Source: Patescibacteria group bacterium
GTDB taxonomy: Bacteria > Patescibacteriota > Minisyncoccia > CAIUEV01 > JAHKAQ01
Length of the DNA: 64,000 nucleotides
Direction of reading: 5' to 3'
NCBI GenBank assembly: GCA_034716235.1
Contig: JAYEHH010000037.1
Coordinates: 566 to 64,565, forward strand
Part shown: one piece after another, positions 38,901 to 46,671 of the stretch
Position numbering within the stretch: the first letter of the stretch is position 1
How the letters are laid out: each line of letters starts with the position of its first letter
Notes under the pieces: generated by a model
Told to the model about the DNA's origin: nothing
The model's database searches: none
What the model saw: the letters and a program-made list of their open reading frames with translations, nothing else
Program-made: the position numbers and the translations under genes

Positions 38901-39006
38901 CGAAGTAGTCAGAAAAATAAAAAATTTAGAATTTGGACCAACTAAAGATACCAGGAATTGCCAGCGTTGCGATTTGAAGGATCTTTGTTCCTTGGTTGAA
39001 GAATAG
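35908..39006 (+). CDS. UvrD/PcrA-family SF1 helicase fused to a C-terminal Fe-S-cluster RecB/Cas4-like PD-(D/E)XK nuclease
   Basis: Walker A AAGPGTGKT, helicase motifs (DEYQDTN, QSIYRFQGA, VITAHAAKGLEFEVVF). C-terminal GKIDKIEKI...VIDYKTG...YRQMVFYKLL (D...D/ExK...QxxxY) plus four Cys (CPRRYKY...CQRCDLKDLC). Start moved to the ATG at 35908 because the upstream GTG lies inside the tRNA. Confidence 0.8.
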   Translation: MSIFKTHYKKLNTGQKKAVDSLEGPVMVAAGPGTGKTEVLALRIVNLIRQKKANPEEILALTFSNSATVSMRRRVTKFLGAQAYNIGIKTFHSFCNDVISQYPDKFVLLKELSQLNELESIKIIKTILRRGKFKQLKPFYSPYCHQKEIISTISQLKQEGVSPKELESALETMAQDLEDTKKINPRTGKPTGKWQTQYKQWEKLNDLLKIYQEYLEKTHREGWYDFSDMITWVTEKLKEDQELRNYYRDQFKYILSDEYQDTNIPQSEVIEILGKPQKNPNIFIVGDDDQSIYRFQGASLDNIISFEKKYPTAKIIPLNINYRSQQKVVSLSKTLIEKNEERLVNVTQQAIDKNIQSFAEKEQGGQVSLAEFSESAVEDYFIAQKIKELHKKGIPFKEMAIINRTNQDVSQIADYLIKAGIPVEMSSTGSILDKKETKEIMSLLAVAVTPHSNAIIYEAMSLEVWEIEPRDFLEFTYQAGKEKINYFDFFNRLESESEKKSLENTTKWQDFKKIKFFFETVARWHQESVSTPAILMLEKVINDSGLIKSCLEKKDIRKLNRIFSLFSFVKENNRKNPFLKLKSVINDLEIMREDRLTIKEKELSMAEDDVRVITAHAAKGLEFEVVFIPRLYQGNWDGKRKNQVIKIPWNLLTRLKREENESAKSDDERRLFFVALTRAKSQLFLSRADRYDYLNSSGEKTPSRFLAEIDSQLVKKCSPEKYEDATLARMKIELKKTPIVKKGNRLKQETSFLRQRVEDLALSPTSLNLYLNCPRRYKYEKLLMIPSAKNKAASLGTAIHEALEKFFQDFQKDKKVNQASLISFFREAVAKEVLAKSDLEDMLREGERLLNDYYAEYSQDFVKPVELEMSFGKVYLSGASATNKKNEKAVLLTGKIDKIEKISQQEKTEKGKIPVKVIDYKTGMPQTKNQILGNTKNSSGDVYRQMVFYKLLSLLDKKFPYSVTEVEVDFIKSQNGRFRRESFEITKEETDKLQKQINEVVRKIKNLEFGPTKDTRNCQRCDLKDLCSLVEE

Positions 39007-39087
39007 ATTTGTCTAAATTTGCTCGGGATTGTCATCCAAGGGGTGACCAGCCCGGCACATTTAAGAAATGTTTAATTTTGTTTGGTT

Positions 39088-39115
39088 GTAGAGACGCAAG
39101 ATTTTGCGTCTCTAC
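39088..39115 (+). promoter_or_regulatory. Perfect 10-bp palindromic hairpin GTAGAGACGC-N8-GCGTCTCTAC; a homologous element lies at 5762-5790
   Basis: gtagagacgcaagattttgcgtctctac versus atagagacgtaaaattttgcgtctttac upstream of rplC. A third related hairpin is at 39195-39222 (tagagacaggttttaaacctgtctcta). Confidence 0.4.
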
Positions 39116-39306
39116 GGAAAATAATCACAATCGTAATAAATTTGGACCACAATCTAAAAATTGTCTCACGTTAGGTAGACGCGGAGATAACAAATAGAGA
39201 CAGGTTTTAAACCTGTCTCTACAAATTTAAAATTTCTTTCATCTTCCTTTAATTTATTTTTTCAGGTCTTTTAATAATCTATTCTCTATACTGAATTAGA
39301 ATAATT

Positions 39307-40005
39307 TTGAAGAACGGAGGTGATAAAATGAGCAATAGAAAATTTTCAGCTAATTCTTTTGAAGCTTCCAATGGTAACCTTGCCTTTCTGGGAAGCCGAA
39401 AAAGAAAAATTGTCTTAGCCACTTTAATTTTATTGGTGCTTGCTTTTGCCTTAAGTGTTCGTTCTTATTTTTCTGCCGATAAAGGCATTCTTGGAAATAA
39501 TGTGGCTATGGCTACCTTGGATTTAGAAATAACTGAAGAAGATGGTTCAGCATTAACCCCTTTTGATTTTGGAGATATTTATCCAGGTTGGAATCATGAA
39601 ATGCGGGGGAAAATTAAAAATGTCGGTTCGGCGGATTTGATTTTTAGAACACAGGTACAGGGTGGTACTGCCGATTTTGAAAGTCTAGCCAGGACCATTC
39701 TTTATGATTTGCAAATAAAAAATGAGTTTGGAGTGATGGTTTATTCTCAAAATGGCTATTTGGATAATCTAGGATCAGATAATTGTCTTATGAACATTGC
39801 TATTAATCCGAACGATTCTTTTGTTTATTCTCTTAGCTTAAACATCCCGGTTGATATGGATGATCATACCACTCCCGAAAATGACGACGACAACCAGTAT
39901 CAGGGGAAGAATGCTCAATTTGATTTTGTGATTCAATCCACTCAAGCAAATAATACGAGCTGGACCGGACTTTTGACAGGTTTTAATTTCCCTCATCAAG
40001 CCTAA
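39307..40005 (+). CDS. TasA/CalY/camelysin-family (peptidase M73-like) secreted protein with SipW-cognate-type signal peptide
   Basis: TM/signal then SYFSADKGILGNNVAMATLDLEI (compare TasA AAFNDIKSKDATFASGTLDL), DIYPGW...KNVGSADL (compare NLKPGD...ENNGSLAI) and C-terminal QYQGKNAQFDFVIQSTQANNTSWTG (compare KYQGNSIKLQFSFEATQWNG). Confidence 0.6.
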   Translation: MKNGGDKMSNRKFSANSFEASNGNLAFLGSRKRKIVLATLILLVLAFALSVRSYFSADKGILGNNVAMATLDLEITEEDGSALTPFDFGDIYPGWNHEMRGKIKNVGSADLIFRTQVQGGTADFESLARTILYDLQIKNEFGVMVYSQNGYLDNLGSDNCLMNIAINPNDSFVYSLSLNIPVDMDDHTTPENDDDNQYQGKNAQFDFVIQSTQANNTSWTGLLTGFNFPHQA

Positions 40006-40104
40006 AAGTTATGAAGTCCAGAAATTTAAGTCATTAGGCTTAACAAGTTTGAAGTGGCAATAATTAGGTGGTAGTAACTAGGAATTAATTAATTAGTAAA
40101 TTTA

Positions 40105-41391
40105 ATGCTGAAAACTCTCGGGCTCATTTGCTTGTTATTTATAACGATTAGTTGTTGGGTTGAGCCGGAATATGCCGAAGCTAATTTTTCCAAAAGTTTC
40201 TTTGTTCAAAACAACAGACTGGGTTTAGGGGATTGGACAAGTCCTAGCCTAGAAATTATTCAAAGTCCTCAGGAAAATATGGCTTACGAGAGTTTAAGCA
40301 TTAGGGTTAAAGGGGTAGATACTATTTCTGCTATTAGTAATTTTGAATACTTACTTTATTCGCATACCCCAGCTGATCTTGCGTCGGATTGGGTTCAAAC
40401 ATTAAAAACAATTACTTGCGACGACCCAGAAGAAAATTCAGAAAGTGAAGGTCTGACTCAAGAAAAAGAAATACTATTGTCTTTAGATAAAATTGAAAAT
40501 TCAAATCATAAACTTTGCCTTGATGATGAAATATGGTGCGAAGATGGCCCGCTACCTGCTGGAGAATACTATTTAATTATTCACGCTTATGACTCCAGCC
40601 AGACCCTGGATGTTTTAGGAAACAAAAGTGAAGATTTAATCTACCAATTTATCAAAAAAGAAGCTCAAGTTATTTGCCAACTAGGAACTATTAAAGTTAA
40701 AGCAGGAGAAGAAATTAATTTTCCTAATGTTACTTGTGCTGACGAACCGGAACTTGAAGAAATTAAGTGGGATTTAGACGAAGCGGACGGAGTAGATTTT
40801 ACTAATCCCGATTTATTGGGTAACGCTCCTATATTAACGGAAGGAATTACCATCCCAGGCACCTATTCTGTTACCGTTGAAGCTAAAAATATAGAGGGAA
40901 TAGTTAAAAGACAATCTTTCAGAATGGATGTAAGCAATCCCGTACTTAATTATGGAGATTTAATCATTAATGAATTTATTCCAAACCCTGTCGGAGATGA
41001 CAAGGCTGTAATGCCAGCAGGGGAATGGGTAGAAATCTATAATAAATTGGCAGTAGGAATAGATTTATTGGGATTTGTAGTTTATGACAACTATGATGAA
41101 CATGATTTGCCTTTAACTAAAAATAATTGTCAGGATAATTCTACCTTAATTTTCCCGCACTCTTATAAAGTGATATACCGAAATGGTGATCCACAATTCT
41201 CACTCAATAATAGTGGTTTAGAAAAAATTCGTCTCTTTAATGGATTTATAGAAAACGAGGCTATTATTTTAACTGATTATGAATATTCAGGAGGAGTCAT
41301 AGAGGGAAAATCTTTGGCTCGGATGCCTAATCTTGACGGTGATTTTCAGCAAATGGTTCCTACTCCAGGAGAAGAAAACAAAAATCCCTGA
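40105..41391 (+). CDS. Secreted protein with C-terminal lamin-tail domain (LTD)
   Basis: Signal peptide MLKTLGLICLLFITISCWVEPEYAEA; LTD signature DLIINEFIPNPVGDDKAVMPAGEWVEIYN...LGFVVYDN. Confidence 0.6.
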   Translation: MLKTLGLICLLFITISCWVEPEYAEANFSKSFFVQNNRLGLGDWTSPSLEIIQSPQENMAYESLSIRVKGVDTISAISNFEYLLYSHTPADLASDWVQTLKTITCDDPEENSESEGLTQEKEILLSLDKIENSNHKLCLDDEIWCEDGPLPAGEYYLIIHAYDSSQTLDVLGNKSEDLIYQFIKKEAQVICQLGTIKVKAGEEINFPNVTCADEPELEEIKWDLDEADGVDFTNPDLLGNAPILTEGITIPGTYSVTVEAKNIEGIVKRQSFRMDVSNPVLNYGDLIINEFIPNPVGDDKAVMPAGEWVEIYNKLAVGIDLLGFVVYDNYDEHDLPLTKNNCQDNSTLIFPHSYKVIYRNGDPQFSLNNSGLEKIRLFNGFIENEAIILTDYEYSGGVIEGKSLARMPNLDGDFQQMVPTPGEENKNP

Positions 41392-41408
41392 CATTGCAGG
41401 GATTTTTG
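41381..41408 (+). terminator. Rho-independent terminator after the LTD gene
   Basis: aaatccctg-acattg-cagggattt followed by ttgtt; 9-bp stem overlapping the stop codon. Confidence 0.55.
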
Positions 41409-41534
41409 TTAACTAAGCTTATGTTTAAACCGAGTAATTTGTGGGTAAAGTACGACGAAGAATATACCTCGGAAATCTTTTATTTTTGTTCATTTTATTC
41501 TATCTATTCTGTAAATTAATTAATTTACAGACAT

Positions 41535-42233
41535 TTACAGGCTCGGAACTTGCTGGCTAAAAACTTTTAAGTGATCCAGTTGTCCCGGTGTTAATGTCTT
41601 CGACGCTTCTAAAGCTGACTCAATATCACTTTCAGAAAATGCTTTCGTTTCTCCTATGTTGAGTCGGGAGGAATATCCCATTTTTTTCGCTAAATAATCC
41701 TCCATGTAAATCTTGTGTTCCGCAGTGACTGAGGAATCATTATGAGTATCCAAATACTGACTGACCGCTGAACGGGCTAAAGTTGTTAAACTGTCGCCAC
41801 TAGCAGCCGTTACTTCATAAGAACCATTAGTTTGGGAAACTACCGCTTCCTGTTTAGGAGCTTCTTCTACTGCTTCTGCTGCTTCTGCTACTGCTTCTTT
41901 CACTTCATCTCCAGTAGCTATTTCATCTCCAGTTTTTTCTTCAATGCCAGCTACTTGTTCTGCATCAGCATCTCCCTCTTCTTCATCAGCAAGTTTAGCA
42001 GAATCTTCTTCAATTAATTTCTGTAAATCTGTTTTTTCAGTAGTTTCTTCTGCTAATTTTTCTCCAGCATCTTCAGCCCCTCGTTTAGAATAGGAGTAAA
42101 CTCCTAAAGCGATAACTAAGACAATAACAATTGATAGAACTATTCGAACATTGTCCTGTATCCAAGTTTTGATTTCCGAAGGCCAATTTCCTGAAGGTTC
42201 AGGAATATCACCTTCATTCTTCATCTTGCTCAC
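41535..42233 (-). CDS. Hypothetical membrane-anchored acidic protein (N-terminal TM, Glu/Ala-rich linker, ~90-aa C-terminal domain)
   Basis: ORF with TM helix IVLSIVIVLVIALGVY and a low-complexity AEAAEAVEEA region; no recognisable family. Confidence 0.4.
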   Translation of the reverse strand: MSKMKNEGDIPEPSGNWPSEIKTWIQDNVRIVLSIVIVLVIALGVYSYSKRGAEDAGEKLAEETTEKTDLQKLIEEDSAKLADEEEGDADAEQVAGIEEKTGDEIATGDEVKEAVAEAAEAVEEAPKQEAVVSQTNGSYEVTAASGDSLTTLARSAVSQYLDTHNDSSVTAEHKIYMEDYLAKKMGYSSRLNIGETKAFSESDIESALEASKTLTPGQLDHLKVFSQQVPSL

Positions 42234-42408
42234 CTCCCTTCATTTATTTTTGTAACAAACTTTTAATAAAAGTTTCGACCGTTAGGCAATCCTAGCAATA
42301 GAGCCAGTAAGTGTCAAACGAATGTGGTTACAATGTCTAATAATATACCATTAAAACCAATGTTATATACTAGAATAGAATCTAGGTGCTATAAATGCGA
42401 TTTATTAT

Positions 42409-43353
42409 TTATTTTATTTCTTTTTTAATTCTCAACACTCTATATTTTTTACTTAGGTCTTTAAAGAATTGAACATCTGAGAAGGCATTTTTCTTTTGCA
42501 GATACAGCTCTAATGGTTTCTTTTGCCGAGGGTCTATCTCCAGAAAGGTGTAACAGGTTGTTTTGTTTTCTAAACTAGCAATTTGGTCTAACAGTTTTTT
42601 AATGAGTTCCATCCCCATATCTTTAGCGATTAGAGCTGATTTGGGTTCATATTTAATATCCGGTGCTGTAGCTAGGTATTGTTTTTTTGAAAGATAGGGC
42701 AAATTAGCGGTAATTATTAAAGAGGAAAATTTATTTAGCTTATTTTTAGAAAGAAAAGATAAAAGATCTGCTTGAAAAACCTTTAATTTCTGATGAGGAT
42801 TATGTTTTTTAAAATTTTGGGAAGCTATTTTTAAAGCCTCGGCCGATTTATCGGAAGCAAAATAAGTTATTTTTTGACTAGCCTCTAGTTTTTTAGCCAG
42901 AGCGGTAATAATACAACCGCTACCAGTACCAACATCAACCACTAACAAAGAAGTTTGTTTCTCATTATTATTCTCTTTATTTTCTTGGATATTTTTGTTC
43001 CCATCCTTATTTTGTTGAAATTTGCCAATAGTTTGTAGAGTAAGATCTACCAACAATTCAGTTTCAGGGCGAGGGATGAGAGTATTTCTATCTACTCTAA
43101 AGTTTAGACCATAGAATTCTTTAGATTCAGCCAAATAAGCCATTGGCTCTCCTTGCATCCTGCGCTTAATCAGACGATTAATTTTATTTTGAGTGTTTTT
43201 AGCTACCAAAAAAGTTGGGTTAGCATAAATCCATTCTTTTGTTTTCTTTAAAATCTGACCAATAATTAATTCACTATCTAGCGGAGAGAGAGGAGATTGA
43301 GCTAAGATTTCTTGTAAAGTTTTAGTAGGTAAAGTTTTTTGGCTGGTATCCAT
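42409..43353 (-). CDS. prmC: Release-factor glutamine N5-methyltransferase PrmC/HemK (with a low-complexity N/K-rich insertion)
   Basis: LIPRPETELLVD, VVDVGTGSGCI (SAM motif I), ITANLPYL (NPPY-type motif IV); directly downstream of prfA. Confidence 0.85.
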   Translation of the reverse strand: MDTSQKTLPTKTLQEILAQSPLSPLDSELIIGQILKKTKEWIYANPTFLVAKNTQNKINRLIKRRMQGEPMAYLAESKEFYGLNFRVDRNTLIPRPETELLVDLTLQTIGKFQQNKDGNKNIQENKENNNEKQTSLLVVDVGTGSGCIITALAKKLEASQKITYFASDKSAEALKIASQNFKKHNPHQKLKVFQADLLSFLSKNKLNKFSSLIITANLPYLSKKQYLATAPDIKYEPKSALIAKDMGMELIKKLLDQIASLENKTTCYTFLEIDPRQKKPLELYLQKKNAFSDVQFFKDLSKKYRVLRIKKEIK

Positions 43354-43368
43354 AGTAAGAAGAATAGG

Positions 43369-44451
43369 TTATACCGAATAGTTATTTTCTTCAGCCGTCA
43401 TTTTCAATTTTAATTCTTGCTTTTTTAGGGCTTCTAAAATATCATCAATTTCTCCATCCATTATTTTTTCCATACCGTGCCAACTTTGTCCTATCCGATG
43501 GTCAGTCACTCTGTCTTGAGGAAAATTATAGGTGCGGATTTTCTCGCTACGGTCCCCAGTGCCAATTTGAGAACTCCTTAAGTTGCTAGCTTTCTTTTGT
43601 TTCTCTTCTTTATCATGGGCTAGCAAACGAGAGCGTAAAATAGAAAAAGCTTTCGCCTTGTTTTTATGTTGAGATTTTTCATCCTGACAGGTAACCACAA
43701 GATTGGTTGGTAAGTGAGTTAGGCGAATAGCAGAATCGGTAGTATTAACACTTTGCCCTCCGGGTCCCGAGGAACGGTAAGTATCTATTTTGACCTCCTC
43801 AGGTTTTATCTCAATATCATGTTCTTCGGCCTGAGGAAGAACAGCTACCGTAGCGGTAGAGGTATGAATCCGACCACTTTTTTCAGTTTCTGGAATGCGC
43901 TGTACTCGATGAACCCCAGATTCATGTTTCAATATTCCGTAGATATCTTTTCCATCAATTTGAGCAATTATTTCTTTGGTTCCACCTATGTTATTTTTAC
44001 TGGCGTTAAGAATAGCTATTTTGAAATCATTTCTTTCTACATAGCGACTATACATTCTAAAAATATCACCAGCAAAAATACCTGCCTCGTCTCCACCAGC
44101 TCCCGCTCTTATTTCTACAATAACATTGCGAGCATCATCCGGATCACGAGCAATGGTTAAGTAATTAAACTCTTTCCGCAATTGCTTTAATTCTTTAGAG
44201 AATTTTAAATTTTCTTCCTCAGCCATAGTCACCAATTCTGTCTCTTCTGCTTCTTTAATCAACCCCTCATTCTCTTGAATGGAATTGTTTAGTTTGTTGA
44301 TTTTATCTACAACCTCTTTTATTTTTCTTAACTCAGCATGTTCTCTACTGAGAGCTTTTAGTTTCTGGACATCAGAAACTATCTTAGGGTCACTAAGTTT
44401 TTCAGAGATTTCCTCATATCTCTTCAAGTATTTTTTATAGAGATTAGACAT
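43369..44451 (-). CDS. prfA: Peptide chain release factor 1
   Basis: PET tripeptide (RF1 PxT type), GGQ motif SGPGGQSVNTTDSAIRLTHLPT, RAGAGGDEAGIFAGDIFRMY. Start set at MSNLYKK (44451) because the upstream in-frame extension is encoded by the heptamer repeat. Confidence 0.9.
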   Translation of the reverse strand: MSNLYKKYLKRYEEISEKLSDPKIVSDVQKLKALSREHAELRKIKEVVDKINKLNNSIQENEGLIKEAEETELVTMAEEENLKFSKELKQLRKEFNYLTIARDPDDARNVIVEIRAGAGGDEAGIFAGDIFRMYSRYVERNDFKIAILNASKNNIGGTKEIIAQIDGKDIYGILKHESGVHRVQRIPETEKSGRIHTSTATVAVLPQAEEHDIEIKPEEVKIDTYRSSGPGGQSVNTTDSAIRLTHLPTNLVVTCQDEKSQHKNKAKAFSILRSRLLAHDKEEKQKKASNLRSSQIGTGDRSEKIRTYNFPQDRVTDHRIGQSWHGMEKIMDGEIDDILEALKKQELKLKMTAEENNYSV

Positions 44452-44456
44452 AGAGA

Positions 44457-44600
44457 TTGATGGACAATGGATAATGGATGAATATCTTTTTCTAATTTTC
44501 AATTTTATTTGTCATTCCTGTAAAAGTTAGGTAATTCGTTGACAGATATGTCATTCCCGCGTAGGCGGGAATCCAGAAACTAGAATAAAATTTCTGAGAC
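44457..44600. repeat. Composite repeat (GGATAAT/GGACAAT heptamers plus module A variants GTCATTCCTGTAAAAG... and GTCATTCCCGCGTAGGCGGGAATCCAGAAACTAGAATAAAAT)
   Basis: Near-identical to 54125-54180 (gtcattcccgcgaaggcgggaatccagaaactagaataaaatta). Confidence 0.65.
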
Positions 44601-44739
44601 TAAATACAAATTAACAATTACTAGAAAGCTGACCTGTATCATTTTCTAAGTTTCATATAGCTTTACTAGAAGAAATAAGTATTATTTAAAAGTTATTTTA
44701 CTGTTACAGTAAAATAAGTGCAGTATGTTTTAGAAATCT

Positions 44740-44990
44740 GGATTCCTGCCTTCCTGCCTCACCTACCTCACGGTAGGCAGGCGGTAGGCAGGCACGGGGA
44801 ATGACAAATAAGAAAGTATTGTCTAAAACGTCTCGGGACCCCCGCTTGCCTCGCCGTGCCACAAAATTGTAATGGGTACATTAGTTAGCGAGTTTAGGCG
44901 GGCTGGAGTTTATCCCGTCGGACCTGTCCCGCGAATGCTGGGGTGACGGGGCGGGAATGACAGGGGAAAAAGCTAGTTGGCTTTGATCTT
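44740..44990. repeat. Large composite repeat block, inverted partner of 35399-35545; includes CACCTACCT-type microsatellite
   Basis: cctcacctacctcacggtaggcaggcggtaggcagg ... then the reverse complement of modules A/D/C as at 35399-35545. Its end overlaps the 3' end of rpmE. Confidence 0.75.
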
Positions 44991-45317
44991 GGTCTTGGCC
45001 TTGGCTTTGGCTTTCTTTCCAACCTTAAGATCGCTAATTTTTTTCTTGCCAATAATTTTTTTCTTGGTTTTCTTTTTAGCCTTCTTAGCGCTGGTAACTA
45101 CTTTTTTTTCAATGCTCTTGGATTTACCGAGTCTTTTCATGAAACGGTCAACTCTTCCTGTGGCATCTACAATTTTTTTCTTGCCTGTATAGAAAGGATG
45201 ACAAGCGCTACAAATTTCTATATCCATGGTAGAAACAGAAGCTCTAGTTTTTACTACATTGCCGCAAGCACATTTAATAGTGCAAGGACCATATTCTGGG
45301 TGGATGTCTTTTTTCAT
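44973..45317 (-). CDS. rpmE: 50S ribosomal protein L31 (Lys-rich C-terminal extension)
   Basis: MKKDIHPEYGPCTIKCACGNVVKTRAS...ICSACHPFYTGKKK canonical L31 Zn-ribbon. Confidence 0.9.
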   Translation of the reverse strand: MKKDIHPEYGPCTIKCACGNVVKTRASVSTMDIEICSACHPFYTGKKKIVDATGRVDRFMKRLGKSKSIEKKVVTSAKKAKKKTKKKIIGKKKISDLKVGKKAKAKAKTKIKAN

Positions 45318-45533
45318 AATTGGTTAGTTATATTTTTTCTATGTCAATAAAATCGCATATTTGCGGGAAATAGTCAATTGAATTTACAATCCCATCGGTT
45401 ATCGGTCGTTAGAGCCATTTGCGTCGTTACCTTGTTACGGTATATAATGCCAATAAGGAAGTTGTAGTTGAGTGACATTTTTGAGTAAGTGGGTCTGAGA
45501 AATTTTAAGCTTGTCAGCCTTAATAAAAAAAAG

Positions 45534-46625
45534 ATGACAGAATTAAAAACTATAGACAAAAATGATGTTTCTAACAAGACGGTTGTTTTGAGAGTGGACT
45601 TTAATTGCCCGATTAAAAAAGGACAGGTCCTAGATACTTATCGGATTGATCGTAGCCTAGACACAATCCAGTATCTATTTAATAACGGGGTTAAAAAAAT
45701 TGTTATCTTGGCTCACTTAGGGCGTCCTAACGGAAAATTTAAAAAATCGCTTTCTCTGGCACCAATAGTAGCAGTTTTTGCTAATAGAATGGCAGATTTT
45801 GGTTTGGGGGATTTTAATATTAAGTTACTCAAATACAAAAAAGATGTTGGAGAATGTGTGGCCGAGGCTAATAAAATAAAAAACAGAGTAACCTTTTTAC
45901 CCAATATTCGTTTCTGGAAAGAAGAAATAGAAAATAATGAAGATTTTAGTAAAAAACTGGCCGAATTGGGTGAAATTTTTGTAAATGATGCCTTTAGCGT
46001 TGCTCATCGGTTACAGGCCTCAGTTGTAGGCATTCCTAAATATCTGCCCAGTTACGCTGGATTTCTTTTAGCAACCGAAGTAAAACAAATTGAGGAAACT
46101 ATTAAACATCCAGTTAGCCCTGCTGTAGCTGTAATTGGAGGAGTAAAATTAGAAACTAAAATCCCTGTTTTAAAATCTTTAGCTAAAAATTATGATAAAA
46201 TTTTAGTGGGAGGACTAATCGCCGTTGAATTGCAGAAGGAATCTCCAGCAGCCAAAGAGCTACTAAAACATTTTTCAGCTGGCAAACTAATACTTCCGCT
46301 AGGATACAAAGACGAAAAAAAACGAGATATAAATGAAGAAACGGCTCAAAAGTTTGCCAAAATAATTGCTTCTGCCAAAACAATTCTTTGGAACGGACCT
46401 TTGGGAAAATTTGAGGAGGCACCTTTTGACAAGGGAAGCAAAATTGTTGGTCAAGCTGTCGCCGAATCTAAAGCCTACACAATGGCTGGAGGTGGAGAAA
46501 CCAATGCCCTGCTTAAAATACTTGGAATTTTTGATAAAATAGACTTTGTTTCTACTGGAGGAGGAGCGATGTTGAAACTTATCGGAGAAGGAGAATTGCC
46601 AGGAGTAAAAGTTCTGAGACAATAA
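45534..46625 (+). CDS. pgk: Phosphoglycerate kinase
   Basis: VVLRVDFNCPIKKGQVLDTYRIDRSLDTIQYL...AHLGRPNG N-terminal motifs; C-terminal GGGA...L; ATG at 45534 preferred over the upstream GTG. Confidence 0.92.
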   Translation: MTELKTIDKNDVSNKTVVLRVDFNCPIKKGQVLDTYRIDRSLDTIQYLFNNGVKKIVILAHLGRPNGKFKKSLSLAPIVAVFANRMADFGLGDFNIKLLKYKKDVGECVAEANKIKNRVTFLPNIRFWKEEIENNEDFSKKLAELGEIFVNDAFSVAHRLQASVVGIPKYLPSYAGFLLATEVKQIEETIKHPVSPAVAVIGGVKLETKIPVLKSLAKNYDKILVGGLIAVELQKESPAAKELLKHFSAGKLILPLGYKDEKKRDINEETAQKFAKIIASAKTILWNGPLGKFEEAPFDKGSKIVGQAVAESKAYTMAGGGETNALLKILGIFDKIDFVSTGGGAMLKLIGEGELPGVKVLRQ

Positions 46626-46671
46626 AAATCAAGGCAATGGAATATCTTGACCCTATTTTTAAATTTATTTC

